DNA of 64,000 nucleotides from an uncultured Nitrososphaerota archaeon (GTDB lineage Archaea > Thermoproteota > Nitrososphaeria > Nitrososphaerales > Gagatemarchaeaceae), in the NCBI GenBank assembly GCA_963703285.1, contig OY969807.1:1312001-1376000 (forward strand). The letters run 5' to 3'. This document shows positions 8,987 through 18,712 of this stretch, piece by piece. The notes beneath the pieces were generated by a model. That model ran no database searches, was not told the DNA's origin, and saw nothing but the letters and a program-made list of their open reading frames with translations. Numbering within the stretch: position 1 is the stretch's first letter; each line of letters begins with the position of its first letter. A program made the translations under genes and the position numbers.

Positions 8987-10612
8987 CTACCTTAACGAGG
9001 AGAGGTCTATCTCGAAGCCTGCTACCGGGACGTCGAGGCCGAAGGCAGCGACCGCCGATGGTTTCACCTCCCCGAGGTAGCCGATCCTGCGTCCATTCAC
9101 CAGCACCTCGGCGCACCTTCCGTCCGCAAAGGCCCAGTGCCTGGCCACCTTCGTCTCCAGCGCCGCGCCCAAGTGCTCCCGGACGAGCGCGTCCAGGTAC
9201 GTCTTCGCCTCGGAGAACGAGGCGGAGGAGTGCGCCACGACGGCTCCGAGGCGCGGCTCCTCGGCTATGCGCGACCCCTCCCGGATGAATACCCTGCCCA
9301 CCTCGTACGTCCTCTGAGGGTATGTGGCCTTAACGTTCCTGGCCAGGATGGCCATCAAGGATGGGAGGATGGAGTCCCTGAGGAGGTAGTGCTCGAGCGT
9401 CCTCGGGTTCTCGACCTCGATCCTCGAATCCGGTGGCCTGGAGAACTTCCCGTATAGGGTGGCCTCCTCCGTCAGGTCGAAGTTCATGGCCTCGATGAAC
9501 CCCGCCATGGCGATCGACTCTGCGACCCTGTCCAGCGCTGAGACCGTGCCGCTGAGAGCCCCCGGCTCCTCGCTCGGAGGGTAGATGGGCTCTATCCTGT
9601 CTAGGCCGAACCCTATCGCCACCTCCTCCGCGAGGTCGACCGGGTGGAGGATGTCTATCCTGTACCGGGGGATCAGGGCGTCGCCCGTAGCGTCGAGGCC
9701 GATCCTGCTCCTCGCGAGGCACTCTTTCATCTGCGGGAGGCGGAGGTCCAGGCCGGTCAGGCGGTTCGCGACCTCGGGGTCGAACTTCATCCTCATGGGC
9801 GACATGTCCGGCGTGATGCGCGCCGAGTCTCTGTAGTCAATGCGGACGGACTCGATGCTTCCGCCTGCGTCGGCCAGGGCGGAGCAGACTATCGCCAGAG
9901 CCTCCCCGCCTATCCTCTCGTCGGTGGACGTGACGTCGACGAAGAGGTTCCTGGTCTTCGTGTCGACCTTCGTCGCGGCCCCGTTGATAATCGGGGGGAA
10001 CGAGAGCACGAGCTCCTTGGAGTCGAGGAGCATCGGGTAGTGGGCCGCGCCCTTCAGGATTCGGCCGTAGGCGACGCCCGTCTCCGTCTCCCTCAGCACC
10101 TGCCCCACGGTCATCTCGCCGGGGGTCTCGAGGGGGACGAACCGGAAGGATTCGTCCACACCGCGGTAGCGCAGCGGGGGCCTGATTGCGTCGAGGTTGT
10201 GCAACCCGATCGCCGCCCTCTTCCTCTTCCTCCCAATGCCGTTGTGCAGGTCCTCCTGCATGGAGATGAGCTGCCTGACGGTCTCCTCGTCCATCCTCAG
10301 GTTGCGGACCGCCGCGCAGGAGATCCAAGGCCTTATCCTCGCGAGGTTTGCGTCGGCCTCGACGACGATGGCGCCTGGCGAGACTTGGTAGGTAGGGAGG
10401 CCGACCTCTAAACCCACAAGACCCCTCAGCGCCCTCGCTATCCCGTAGTCCGTGGAGAAGTCGGCCCTGTTCGGGTTGTACTCCACCCTCACCGACTCGG
10501 CGTCCGTGCCCTCGATGTCCAGGCCGAGGAAGGGGAGGCGGTCCAAGAGCTTCTCCCTGGAGAGGCCCGTCATCCTGGAGAGGCGTCTAGTGTATATCTT
10601 GAGTACTGGCAT
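8987..10612 (-). CDS. pheT: Phenylalanine-tRNA ligase beta subunit
   Basis: MPVL start, YNPNRADF, QEDLH, SFPPIIN, YRIDILHPVDLAEEVAIG. Confidence 0.96.
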   Translation of the reverse strand: MPVLKIYTRRLSRMTGLSREKLLDRLPFLGLDIEGTDAESVRVEYNPNRADFSTDYGIARALRGLVGLEVGLPTYQVSPGAIVVEADANLARIRPWISCAAVRNLRMDEETVRQLISMQEDLHNGIGRKRKRAAIGLHNLDAIRPPLRYRGVDESFRFVPLETPGEMTVGQVLRETETGVAYGRILKGAAHYPMLLDSKELVLSFPPIINGAATKVDTKTRNLFVDVTSTDERIGGEALAIVCSALADAGGSIESVRIDYRDSARITPDMSPMRMKFDPEVANRLTGLDLRLPQMKECLARSRIGLDATGDALIPRYRIDILHPVDLAEEVAIGFGLDRIEPIYPPSEEPGALSGTVSALDRVAESIAMAGFIEAMNFDLTEEATLYGKFSRPPDSRIEVENPRTLEHYLLRDSILPSLMAILARNVKATYPQRTYEVGRVFIREGSRIAEEPRLGAVVAHSSASFSEAKTYLDALVREHLGAALETKVARHWAFADGRCAEVLVNGRRIGYLGEVKPSAVAAFGLDVPVAGFEIDLSSLR

Positions 10613-10934
10613 TAGGATGAACCTCTTTCTATCGCTGATGCCAATATGGGTGTATAAATATCGCAATGAGTTGATGAATTGCAATCGTCGAATGAAGATG
10701 GGTTTGAGCAAGATCCATCCGATGTTGGATACGAGTTGCCTGACAAGCGTAAAATCCAAGCAAGGCAAAAGTCAAGCTCGCCAGTGAATGGCTGGCTCTG
10801 GGCTGCTGAGGTTCGGCAGCGACGGGCCTCCAAATGAAGCGATGGTGCAGGAACCCGACGACGACGGCAATCCTGAAAGTCGATGGAGGCAAACCTCCCC
10901 GATTTCACGGGGCTAGGTAGAACCAGTACTGACA
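10602..10934. other. 323-bp insertion at the pheS/pheT junction flanked by a 9/10 direct repeat
   Basis: AGTACTGGCA (10602-10611) and AGTACTGACA (10925-10934); interior visibly more AT-rich than flanks. Confidence 0.6.
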
Positions 10935-12424
10935 ATCTCTCTCCTCCTCCTCAGCCAATCGATGTCGTTCTCGTAGAGCTCCCGGATGTCCTCGATCCCC
11001 AGCCTCAGCATGAGCAGCCGCTCGAGCCCGCAGCCCCATGCGATGACGGGCTTCTTGACGCCCAGCGGGAGCGTGACCTCGGGACGGAAGAGCCCCGAAC
11101 CGCCCATCTCCAGCCACTTCCCCATCTTCTCGTGGTAGACCATGACCTGCATCGAGGGCTCGGTGTAGGGGAAGTAGGAGGGCCACAGCTTGACGCCGCT
11201 CATGCCCAGCTTGCTGTAGAACCGGGTCAGGATGCCCATCAGGTGCCTCAGGTTGAGCCCCTCCCCGATGACGATGCCCTCCATCTGGTGCAGCTCCGCC
11301 AGGTGTTTGTAGTCCAGCGGCTCATTCCTGTAGACGCGCCCCACCGAGAAGACGCGCGTCTCCCTGTCCCCGGAGTCCATCACGGCCCTGACGGTCAGGG
11401 CGGTGTTGTGCGTCCGCAGGACTAGCCTCCTGGCCTCTTCCACGTCCCAGGAGTAGCGCCATCCCTTCGACCCCGTCCCCGCCCCGTTCTCGTGCGCGGC
11501 CGCGACCCTTGAGACGAACCCCCTCCTCTGTAGGGTCCCGTCCCTCCCCCCCTTGATGTAGAAGGTGTCCTGCAGCTCCCTGGCCGGGTGGTCCTGTGGC
11601 GTGAAGAGGGCGTCGAAGTTCCAGAACGACGGCTGTATCGAGTCGCCTGCGATCTCGACGAAGCCCATCGAAAGGTAGACCTCGCGGACCTCGTTTATCA
11701 GCTCCTTCACGGGGTGTCTCCTGCCCGGGAAGAACGGGGCGGCGGGAGCGCTCACGTCGATGGGCCTGAGCCTCAGGTCGGCCTTGGAAGACCGCAGCGA
11801 GGCGAGGAGCTCCGGCGTGAGCTTCTCGGCGTAGCCGCGCGTCTCGCTGGAAGCCAGCGCCCGAAGGCCCGCCTTTGTGACCGTGACCGTCACGACCTTC
11901 GTCAGTTTGCGGGCGGCAAGCCCCCTCTTGAGCAGGTCCTCGACCGCCGCCCTGGACCCGGGGTCGACCCTGGACTCCTCGACGCCCGAGGCGAGCTTCG
12001 AGAGGACTTCCCTGAGGTCCTTCGCGCCCGCCGCGTTCTTGAGCGTGAGAACGGCGCCGCCGTCCTGCGGGACGACCGCCACCCACCCGGCGGCAGAAGC
12101 GCGGCCGAGGGCGGCCGAGAACTCCTGGTTGGTCTTGAAGAGAGTCTTCGCCACCGACATTGGGAGCCTCCCTTTCTTCTCGTCGAGCCTGTCCAGGAGC
12201 GCGAGCTCCGGAGGCGTGTCCTGCGTCGAGACGAGGAGCGACGTCGAGGCCTCGCTGACCGAGACCAGCCCCTTCGACCCTAGCCAGCTCAGCGAGCGCC
12301 TGACCCGGTCGGGGATCAGCCCCGTCGACGCGACGAGGGACTCGAAGTCCAGAGGTTTGGAAGCGAGAGCAGAGAGGACCTTCCTCTCGATCGGGTGGAG
12401 CGGGGCGGTCTCCTTTTCGCTCAT
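10913..12424 (-). CDS. pheS: Phenylalanine-tRNA ligase alpha subunit
   Basis: FWNFDALFTPQDHPARELQDTF, LRTHNT, YFPYTEPS, GLERL; ATG overlaps trpS stop (ATGA). Confidence 0.96.
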   Translation of the reverse strand: MSEKETAPLHPIERKVLSALASKPLDFESLVASTGLIPDRVRRSLSWLGSKGLVSVSEASTSLLVSTQDTPPELALLDRLDEKKGRLPMSVAKTLFKTNQEFSAALGRASAAGWVAVVPQDGGAVLTLKNAAGAKDLREVLSKLASGVEESRVDPGSRAAVEDLLKRGLAARKLTKVVTVTVTKAGLRALASSETRGYAEKLTPELLASLRSSKADLRLRPIDVSAPAAPFFPGRRHPVKELINEVREVYLSMGFVEIAGDSIQPSFWNFDALFTPQDHPARELQDTFYIKGGRDGTLQRRGFVSRVAAAHENGAGTGSKGWRYSWDVEEARRLVLRTHNTALTVRAVMDSGDRETRVFSVGRVYRNEPLDYKHLAELHQMEGIVIGEGLNLRHLMGILTRFYSKLGMSGVKLWPSYFPYTEPSMQVMVYHEKMGKWLEMGGSGLFRPEVTLPLGVKKPVIAWGCGLERLLMLRLGIEDIRELYENDIDWLRRRREIVSTGST

Positions 12425-13551
12425 CTTGCCATCGAGTCCAGTGTCTTCCTGCTCTGCTCTAGGAGCTCCTCCGCGTCCCCCATCAAGGATTCGCGCTTCT
12501 TCTGGTGCTCCTCGAAAAACCTCTCGACGATCGTGGCGAGCTCCTTCTTGCAGTCTCCGCACATCCTGACCCCGCCGTAGCACTCGTCGTAGACCCGCTT
12601 TGCGTACTCGTCCTCGAGCGCAAAGTGGAACAAGTACTCGTCGTAGATGGGGCACTTGTCGGCCTCCCCGCCTATCCGCCTCTGCTCCTCGACGGTGGCC
12701 CGTCCGCCCGTGAACCCGTTCATGATCTTCCTAGCGGCGGACGCGGGCGTGTCCTCGAGGGTCAGTGAAGACTCGGGGTTGCGCTTGGACATCTTCGATG
12801 TGCCGTCGAGGCTCTTCATGAGCTTGTGGTAGATGGCGGACGGCGGGACGAATCCGAACTCCTTCTGGTAGCTCGCGGCGAGGTCCCTCGCCAGCCTGAT
12901 GTGCGGGTCCTGGTCCGCTCCCACGGGGACCACGACGGGCTTCGGGCCCCCGAACTCCGGCAGCTGGGGCATGAGGATGTCGCCCGCTTGGATGAGCGCG
13001 GAGAGGTAGAGCCCTACCTGCCTCTCCCCATAGATAGCCCTGAGCATGTTGTTGGTGACGGCCGCCGAGAAGATCGTCGCGAGGCGCATCACCTTGATCT
13101 CCTGGCTCTGCTTGTAGACGACCGTCCGCTCGGGGTCGAGGCCCAGCGCAAGTATGTCAGCGACGTTCTGGACGGCTATCTTCGAGGACTCCTGGAGCGA
13201 GAGGCCGTTGTCGTTGTACGCCTCCACGTCGGCGATGGCGTAGTAGACTGTCGCCTTCTTGGAGAGAGACTGGAAGTAGACCATGTCGTCCACGGTCATC
13301 TTGTTGCCCAGGTGAAAGACGCCGGTCGGTTTGATCCCGGACATTACGGCGAAGGGCTTGTTGCCGTCGACGGCGTCGGCGATCCTGCCGAGGTCCCTCT
13401 CGCCGAAGTCGATCCCGCGTCGCATGTGCAGGCTCGGATTCTTGAAGCGCGGGAGGACGGGTTCGATCCTGCCTATCCCGAACTCCGCGTGCAGGCGTTC
13501 GTAGTTGTCGACTGACGACTCGCCCCACGGGTCCAGCCGGTCTTTCTCCAC
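12421..13551 (-). CDS. trpS: Tryptophan-tRNA ligase
   Basis: SGIKPTGVFHLGN (HIGH-like), GADQDPH, KMSK. Confidence 0.95.
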   Translation of the reverse strand: MEKDRLDPWGESSVDNYERLHAEFGIGRIEPVLPRFKNPSLHMRRGIDFGERDLGRIADAVDGNKPFAVMSGIKPTGVFHLGNKMTVDDMVYFQSLSKKATVYYAIADVEAYNDNGLSLQESSKIAVQNVADILALGLDPERTVVYKQSQEIKVMRLATIFSAAVTNNMLRAIYGERQVGLYLSALIQAGDILMPQLPEFGGPKPVVVPVGADQDPHIRLARDLAASYQKEFGFVPPSAIYHKLMKSLDGTSKMSKRNPESSLTLEDTPASAARKIMNGFTGGRATVEEQRRIGGEADKCPIYDEYLFHFALEDEYAKRVYDECYGGVRMCGDCKKELATIVERFFEEHQKKRESLMGDAEELLEQSRKTLDSMAR

Positions 13552-13590
13552 AAAGGTCAGGTCGAACGGATGGATTAAATTAGTTTAGGG

Positions 13591-14112
13591 TCATTCCTGG
13601 GGCTCTGATGTGGTCTTGCGGCGCAGCCGTCCCTCCGTGTCGACCTCGCCCTTCCTTATCCTCGTCGAGGAGACGGGCCTCCCGTCCTCCGCCAGCACCC
13701 AGTCGATCGTCACGAGGGAGAGCGGGGGGAACCCCTTCTCGGCCCTGAGTTCGTTCGCGAGGGCGACCCGCTGGGAGGTCTCCGGGCTTGCGACGAGCGC
13801 CTCGACCCCGCCGTCAACGATCCCGGGGCCGAAGTAGTCGTAGAGCTTCGCTATGACGTACTTCCTCCCGGGGAAGTTCTTCTCGACGTACCGCCTCAGC
13901 CCGGCCTCCCGCCTCTCGTAGGAGTTCTCCGTCCGCTTCCCGACCTTCGCGACGAACTCGTCGGCCGTCAGGCCGATCACGACCTCGTCGCCCACCTCGA
14001 AGGACTTCTCGAGGAGACGTCGGTGGCCGGCGTGCAGGTGGTCGAAGGTCCCGCCGGTAGCGACCCTCTTGAACCTGGGACCCACCCTTCCGGCGCCGGC
14101 GCGAAGTTTCAA
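13591..14112 (-). CDS. coaD: Archaeal phosphopantetheine adenylyltransferase
   Basis: GGTFDHLHAGH, SPET, VSSTRIR. Confidence 0.9.
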   Translation of the reverse strand: MKLRAGAGRVGPRFKRVATGGTFDHLHAGHRRLLEKSFEVGDEVVIGLTADEFVAKVGKRTENSYERREAGLRRYVEKNFPGRKYVIAKLYDYFGPGIVDGGVEALVASPETSQRVALANELRAEKGFPPLSLVTIDWVLAEDGRPVSSTRIRKGEVDTEGRLRRKTTSEPQE

Positions 14113-14174
14113 ATAACGTTCGCCACCGAGTTCTCGGCGGAAAGCGGATAAAAGGAGTTGGTGGAACCACGCAC

Positions 14175-15059
14175 ATCCCGGAGCAGTACCTGAAGTCGGG
14201 GAGGATCATAAGGGAGGTCAGGCAGTGGATAAGGGAGAACGTAAGGGCGGGGTCGGGCATCCTCGAGGTCGCGGAGAAGGTCGAGGCCGAGATTGTCAGG
14301 AGGGGCGGGCAGCCAGCCTTCCCGACGGGGATCGGAGTAAACGAGGTGACGGCCCACTACGCCCCACAGGAAGACGAAAAGGGGGTGATCCAGGAGAGCG
14401 ACGTCGTCAAGATCGACTATGGCGTCCACATCGACGGCTACCTAGCGGACACCGCGATCACGATCACGGAGAACCCCAAGTATCAGTCGCTCCTGGAGGC
14501 AACCGAGAGGGCCCTCCAGGCGGCGATCGACGTCGTCAAGCACGACAGGAGAATCGGGGAGATAGGGAGGGCGATTGAGACCACGGCGAGGAACGAAGGT
14601 TTCAGGACGATCAACAACCTCAGCGGCCACACCGTCCAGCAGTACGTGGTCCATTCAGGGAAGAGCATACCCAACATCTATGCGCCCAACCTCCCGATGC
14701 TGAAGAACGACGACGTCTTCGCCATCGAGCCCTTCCTGACGCTCCCGGACGCCGCCGGCTACGTCGTCGAGGGCGCTCAGGAGAACATCTTCTCGCTAAT
14801 CGTGCGGAGGAGGACGGGGAACGGGGAGCTGGACGAGCTCATGGACCTGATATGGGAGGACAGGAAGACGCTCCCGTTCTCGCCCAGGTGGTACGGCGGG
14901 AGGTACAAGGACGGACGGCTCGTCCAGCTGTTGAAGGAGCTCGAGAAGAGGCGGCTGGTACGGTCCTACGCGACGCTCGTCGAGGCCTCGGGGAAGCCCG
15001 TGGCGCAGTTCGAGCACACCATGGCCATCGACGACAGGGGCCTGGTGATAATCACCTAG
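14175..15059 (+). CDS. map: Type II methionine aminopeptidase (homology extends to about 14175, where no ATG/GTG/TTG is in frame)
   Basis: AFPTGIGVNEVTAHYAP, KIDYGVHIDGYLAD, NLSGH, AIEPF, AQFEHT. Confidence 0.93.
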   Translation: MPEQYLKSGRIIREVRQWIRENVRAGSGILEVAEKVEAEIVRRGGQPAFPTGIGVNEVTAHYAPQEDEKGVIQESDVVKIDYGVHIDGYLADTAITITENPKYQSLLEATERALQAAIDVVKHDRRIGEIGRAIETTARNEGFRTINNLSGHTVQQYVVHSGKSIPNIYAPNLPMLKNDDVFAIEPFLTLPDAAGYVVEGAQENIFSLIVRRRTGNGELDELMDLIWEDRKTLPFSPRWYGGRYKDGRLVQLLKELEKRRLVRSYATLVEASGKPVAQFEHTMAIDDRGLVIIT

Positions 15060-15250
15060 GTCTTCGGCGGAGGTTCTGCGTAGATTAGCGTGATCCTCGT
15101 GGGGTTGCCGCACTTGGAGCACTTGCCGCTCTCCTTCGTGACGTAGTCTCCCACCTGGAAGGGCCTCTTCGTCTTCGTGCCGTCGACGGGGCACTCCTCG
15201 ATGGTGTAGACGAGGAACTTGGCCTTGGGCTCCTTCGACATCGAGTTCAA
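15056..15250 (-). CDS. Small Zn-ribbon protein
   Basis: CPVD...KRPFQVGDYV...CSKC; downstream of DUF1512-like gene. Confidence 0.75.
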   Translation of the reverse strand: MNSMSKEPKAKFLVYTIEECPVDGTKTKRPFQVGDYVTKESGKCSKCGNPTRITLIYAEPPPKT

Positions 15251-15252
15251 CT

Positions 15253-16371
15253 CTACTGAGCGACCCCGAGTGTGTTGCCGATGCCGGCTAGGAGGACCTT
15301 GTCTCCCTCCTTGGTCTTCTCCTCGATGACGCGGTTTATCAGAACCTGGACCTTGTCGGACGCGTCGGCGATCTCCTTCCGCATCACCGTGATCGCCTCG
15401 AGTATGCTCTGCTTGACGAGGATTGCATAGACGGGTACCTTGTGGGTCGAGGAGACCTCTTCGATCTTGAACTTGTCGACGCCTATGCCCCCGATGGCGG
15501 CCCCGACCCCCTCAGCAATCTCCCCCGTCTTCTCGCCCTCGAGCTTGAGGGCGGCGTCCACCATGATTATCGCGTTGAGAGGCACCTTCATCTCATCGAC
15601 GAGCTTCTGTATCGCGACGCCGGGCTCGCCTACGTATCCCATCGGCCCCTCCGCCTTGAGGACGTAGAGCGTCCGCCCCTTGTACTCCCCCACGGTCATG
15701 ACCGTGTCCTTCCCGACGACCTGCTTGGGGAGGTTCTGCATGTAGCGTGAAGCGATCACCGGGCCTATGCCGTCTCCCACTGGCTGGCCGAGCTTGAACG
15801 TGTCGACTGCGTTCACCAGCGCGTCGGCTTCCTGGAGCACCATCGGCATTATCATCTGGAGCTGGAAGAGGAGCATGTAGGAGTTTGTCTTCTTCCCCAG
15901 GAGGTAGTAGTGTCTGACAATCTTGTGTATCTGGTTGAGCGACGTGGCGATCTCCAGTATGTTCTCGGCCACGGAGACCTTCGTCTGGTCGAGGTTGGGA
16001 ATCATGGCGGTGACCTCCGCCCTCACCCTCTCGTCCCTCGTGTTCGTGATGTGCTGAAGCTTCCCCACTATGCCGTTCGGGTCCATGTCGACGGGCATTA
16101 TCGTGACGTAGTCGAGGAACTCGTCTATGCGCTGGGTGGGGTCGCCCGTGACCTTGCCCGAGCTCTGGAAGTAGTCTATGGCCTCCTTGCGGGACTTGTC
16201 CCTCATCAGCTTCAGGCGGCCCAGCGCCCTCGAGAGGTCGTTGGCTATGAGGTACATCTGCAGCCGCTGCCCGTAGATGAAGAAGATGAAGATCGAGACG
16301 AGCCAAACCACGTTGATGAGGCTGCTCGCGTTGATCCCCAGCTGAAGAACCTGAGCAGAAAGCAGCGACAC
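15253..16371 (-). CDS. DUF1512-family protein
   Basis: N-terminal TM, PVGDGIGP, VDAALKLEGE, GIGNTLGVAQ end. Confidence 0.85.
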   Translation of the reverse strand: MSLLSAQVLQLGINASSLINVVWLVSIFIFFIYGQRLQMYLIANDLSRALGRLKLMRDKSRKEAIDYFQSSGKVTGDPTQRIDEFLDYVTIMPVDMDPNGIVGKLQHITNTRDERVRAEVTAMIPNLDQTKVSVAENILEIATSLNQIHKIVRHYYLLGKKTNSYMLLFQLQMIMPMVLQEADALVNAVDTFKLGQPVGDGIGPVIASRYMQNLPKQVVGKDTVMTVGEYKGRTLYVLKAEGPMGYVGEPGVAIQKLVDEMKVPLNAIIMVDAALKLEGEKTGEIAEGVGAAIGGIGVDKFKIEEVSSTHKVPVYAILVKQSILEAITVMRKEIADASDKVQVLINRVIEEKTKEGDKVLLAGIGNTLGVAQ

Positions 16372-16507
16372 TCTAACTAGACCAGTGGGCTGGTCCCTGG
16401 CACCTCAACTTAAAGGTTTTACAGAACCTGGGCCGCAAGACGGCGAAGTTTGGATGGGGGTTCCGGCATCACCTTCAACAACAGTTACTGGGATCGCTAG
16501 GGGCGTA

Positions 16508-16626
16508 GGTGCCGACATCGCCACTTCGCGAGGGCTCTCGCACCTCACTAACGTGGCGACGACGCGTGGTTTGACTTCTGGGTTCGGAGTGAGACCAGGT
16601 CGGACCCACACGCTATGGCCGGCTGG
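16508..16626 (-). rRNA. rrf: 5S rRNA, unlinked from 16S/23S
   Basis: GGCCATAGCG...CCGAACCCAGAAGTCAAACC...AGTGAGGTGCGAGAGCCCTCGCGAA; terminal helix GCCGGC/GTCGGC; promoter-like AAAGGTTAAT upstream. Confidence 0.93.
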
Positions 16627-16707
16627 AGGACGGCGCGGGCGGTCGGCTAGATTAACCTTTCTAAGACTACAAAACGCATAAGTGCCCAAGGGTACCGGCG
16701 AGCGGCC

Positions 16708-16980
16708 GTGCAGAGGAGGCTTCTGGACATCCTGGCGTGTCCCATCGACAAGCACTATCCGCTGCAGCTCGTAGAGCTGAAGGCGGAGGGGGAGAAGGTG
16801 GTCAGCGGCGTCATCCTCTGCGACAAGTGCGGAAGGTACTACCCGATCGTCGACGAGATTCCCGTCATGCTCCCCGACGAGTTGAGGAGCAAGAAGGAGG
16901 ACCTAGAGTTCCTGACCCAGTGGAAGGCTCAGCTGCCGGCGAAGGTCGTCCAGGAAGGGTTGCCGTACAACCTTTCATAA
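16708..16980 (+). CDS. trm112: Trm112 family methyltransferase activator
   Basis: LLDILACP...C..CGRYYPIVDEIPVMLPDELR. Confidence 0.9.
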   Translation: MQRRLLDILACPIDKHYPLQLVELKAEGEKVVSGVILCDKCGRYYPIVDEIPVMLPDELRSKKEDLEFLTQWKAQLPAKVVQEGLPYNLS

Positions 16981-17029
16981 AAGGGTTTAGCAAAGATTCA
17001 TAAACGAATAGAGCCAAGCCCTGTACGGC

Positions 17030-17596
17030 TTGTCAGTTTCAACGATAGATCCGAAACAGCTCAAGAAGATAAGGGTCCAGCTCGGGATAACCCAGTCGGA
17101 GCTCGCCAGGGCGGCGGGCGTGAGCCAGTCCCTGATAGCGAAGCTCGAGTCCGGCCTCGTGGACCCGTCCTTCAGCACCATGAAGTCCATCTCGGAGGCG
17201 CTTCGCTCCCAGATCAGGATTGAGGGCAAGAAGGCCTCGGAGGTCATGTCGAAGCCGGTCATCTCGATCCAGTCGAACGTCACCGTCTCGGAGTCGGTCA
17301 ACGCCATGAAGAAGAGCGGCATATCCCAGCTCCCCGTCTACTCCGGGACGAGGCTCGTGGGCTCGATAACCGAGAACCAGATAGTCCAGCTCCTGAGCAC
17401 CGTCGAAGACCCCCGGAGCATCCTCGGGAAGCCCGTCTCCAGCTACATCCAGCCCACGTTCCCCGTCGTCAGCGCCGACACGCCGGTCGAGGCGCTCTTC
17501 TCGCTCTTCAAGTTCGTCCCCGCCGTGCTCGTCGCTACGGGCGACAAGGTTGAGGGCGTCATCACCAAGATAGACATGCTCTCGGCCGAAGTGTGA
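17030..17596 (+). CDS. XRE-HTH plus tandem CBS domain regulator
   Basis: ITQSELARAAGVSQSLIAKLE followed by two CBS repeats. Confidence 0.9.
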   Translation: MSVSTIDPKQLKKIRVQLGITQSELARAAGVSQSLIAKLESGLVDPSFSTMKSISEALRSQIRIEGKKASEVMSKPVISIQSNVTVSESVNAMKKSGISQLPVYSGTRLVGSITENQIVQLLSTVEDPRSILGKPVSSYIQPTFPVVSADTPVEALFSLFKFVPAVLVATGDKVEGVITKIDMLSAEV

Positions 17597-17619
17597 CGCG
17601 CGCCAACCAAAAATAGTTC

Positions 17620-18660
17620 TGTGCTATCCCGAAATGAGTTCGCCCCTTTCTAGCTCTTCTGGGCATGGTATGTCTCTCCCGATTCCTCGTCCGTCACCAT
17701 CCCTTCCTTGTCGGGCATCTTCCTCAGGTATGCCTGGTAAGGGGTCTCGATGACGTCCAGGTTCAGCGACATGTGCGGTCTCGTCACGTTGTACCACTCC
17801 ATCAGCTCGTCGATGCTGCCGAAGAATCGGCGCTTGTCCTTGACCGTCCTGAAGAAACGTTCCACCTTCCCGTTGGTCTGCGGGTGTGACACCCTCGATA
17901 GGACCTGCCTGATCTCGCTCTCGATGAGGTACTTCTCGAACGCCGTCAGCCCCCTCAGCCTGTCGCCAGCCTCCACGGCGTAGAACTGTATTCCCCTGTC
18001 CGTGAGGATCGAGGCGGGCTTCCCGTGCTTCTTGATGGCTTCCTTCAGCACCTCCACGGCGTGCTCCGACGTCGCCTCGGGGAACAACCCGTACCCGACG
18101 ATGAACCTTGAGGCATCGTCAAGGTATGCGATGAGCCATCCCATACCCTCGATGAGGGTCCAGTCCGTGTGCCAGAGCGAGTTCGAGTACTTCCTCTCGT
18201 ATCGTACCCACTTCCTCCTCCTCTGCTTCCTCGGTTCGTCCCTCGCGAGTCCCATCGACCTCATCACCCTGTGGATGCGGTTGTGAGGTATGTGCGTCGC
18301 GTAGTTAACCTCGATGACGCGCTCGAGGACGACCGCTCCCGCCCTGTGCCTTGCGTAGGCCTCTGCGACGACCTTCGACTCTTGTTCAGTCGCCTCGACG
18401 CGCTTCCTTCCCGGCCTCTTCAGCTCTGGTATCGCACCTGTCGTGCGATAGGACGCGTAGAGCTCCTGGACCCTCCTCACCGAGACCCCCATCGAGCTCG
18501 CTATCGCGGAGTTCCTCATCCCGTCCTCCTTCTGCCTGACGATCCACGCTACTTTGATGGGATCGAGCTTCATGTAGACGTAGAAGCGTCTTCCCCTGTT
18601 CCATACCCACCTCGCTCTAATCTTGATGGCAAGGGGGTGAACCAATTTCAGGATAACAGA
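17620..18660 (-). mobile_element. IS481-family insertion sequence, 1041 bp
   Basis: 16-bp imperfect IRs TGTGCTATCCCGAAAT / TCTGTTATCCTGAAAT (13/16); exact 15-bp direct repeat AACCAAAAATAGTTC at 17605-17619 and 18661-18675. Confidence 0.9.
17650..18573 (-). CDS. IS481-family DDE transposase
   Basis: N-terminal HTH, LWHTDW, LDDASR, LTDRG, PQTNGKVERF, YNVTRPH. Confidence 0.92.
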   Translation of the reverse strand: MKLDPIKVAWIVRQKEDGMRNSAIASSMGVSVRRVQELYASYRTTGAIPELKRPGRKRVEATEQESKVVAEAYARHRAGAVVLERVIEVNYATHIPHNRIHRVMRSMGLARDEPRKQRRRKWVRYERKYSNSLWHTDWTLIEGMGWLIAYLDDASRFIVGYGLFPEATSEHAVEVLKEAIKKHGKPASILTDRGIQFYAVEAGDRLRGLTAFEKYLIESEIRQVLSRVSHPQTNGKVERFFRTVKDKRRFFGSIDELMEWYNVTRPHMSLNLDVIETPYQAYLRKMPDKEGMVTDEESGETYHAQKS

Positions 18661-18712
18661 AACCAAAAATAGTTCCTCAACCATTAAATAATTCGGACCG
18701 CCGTTAACGGGC

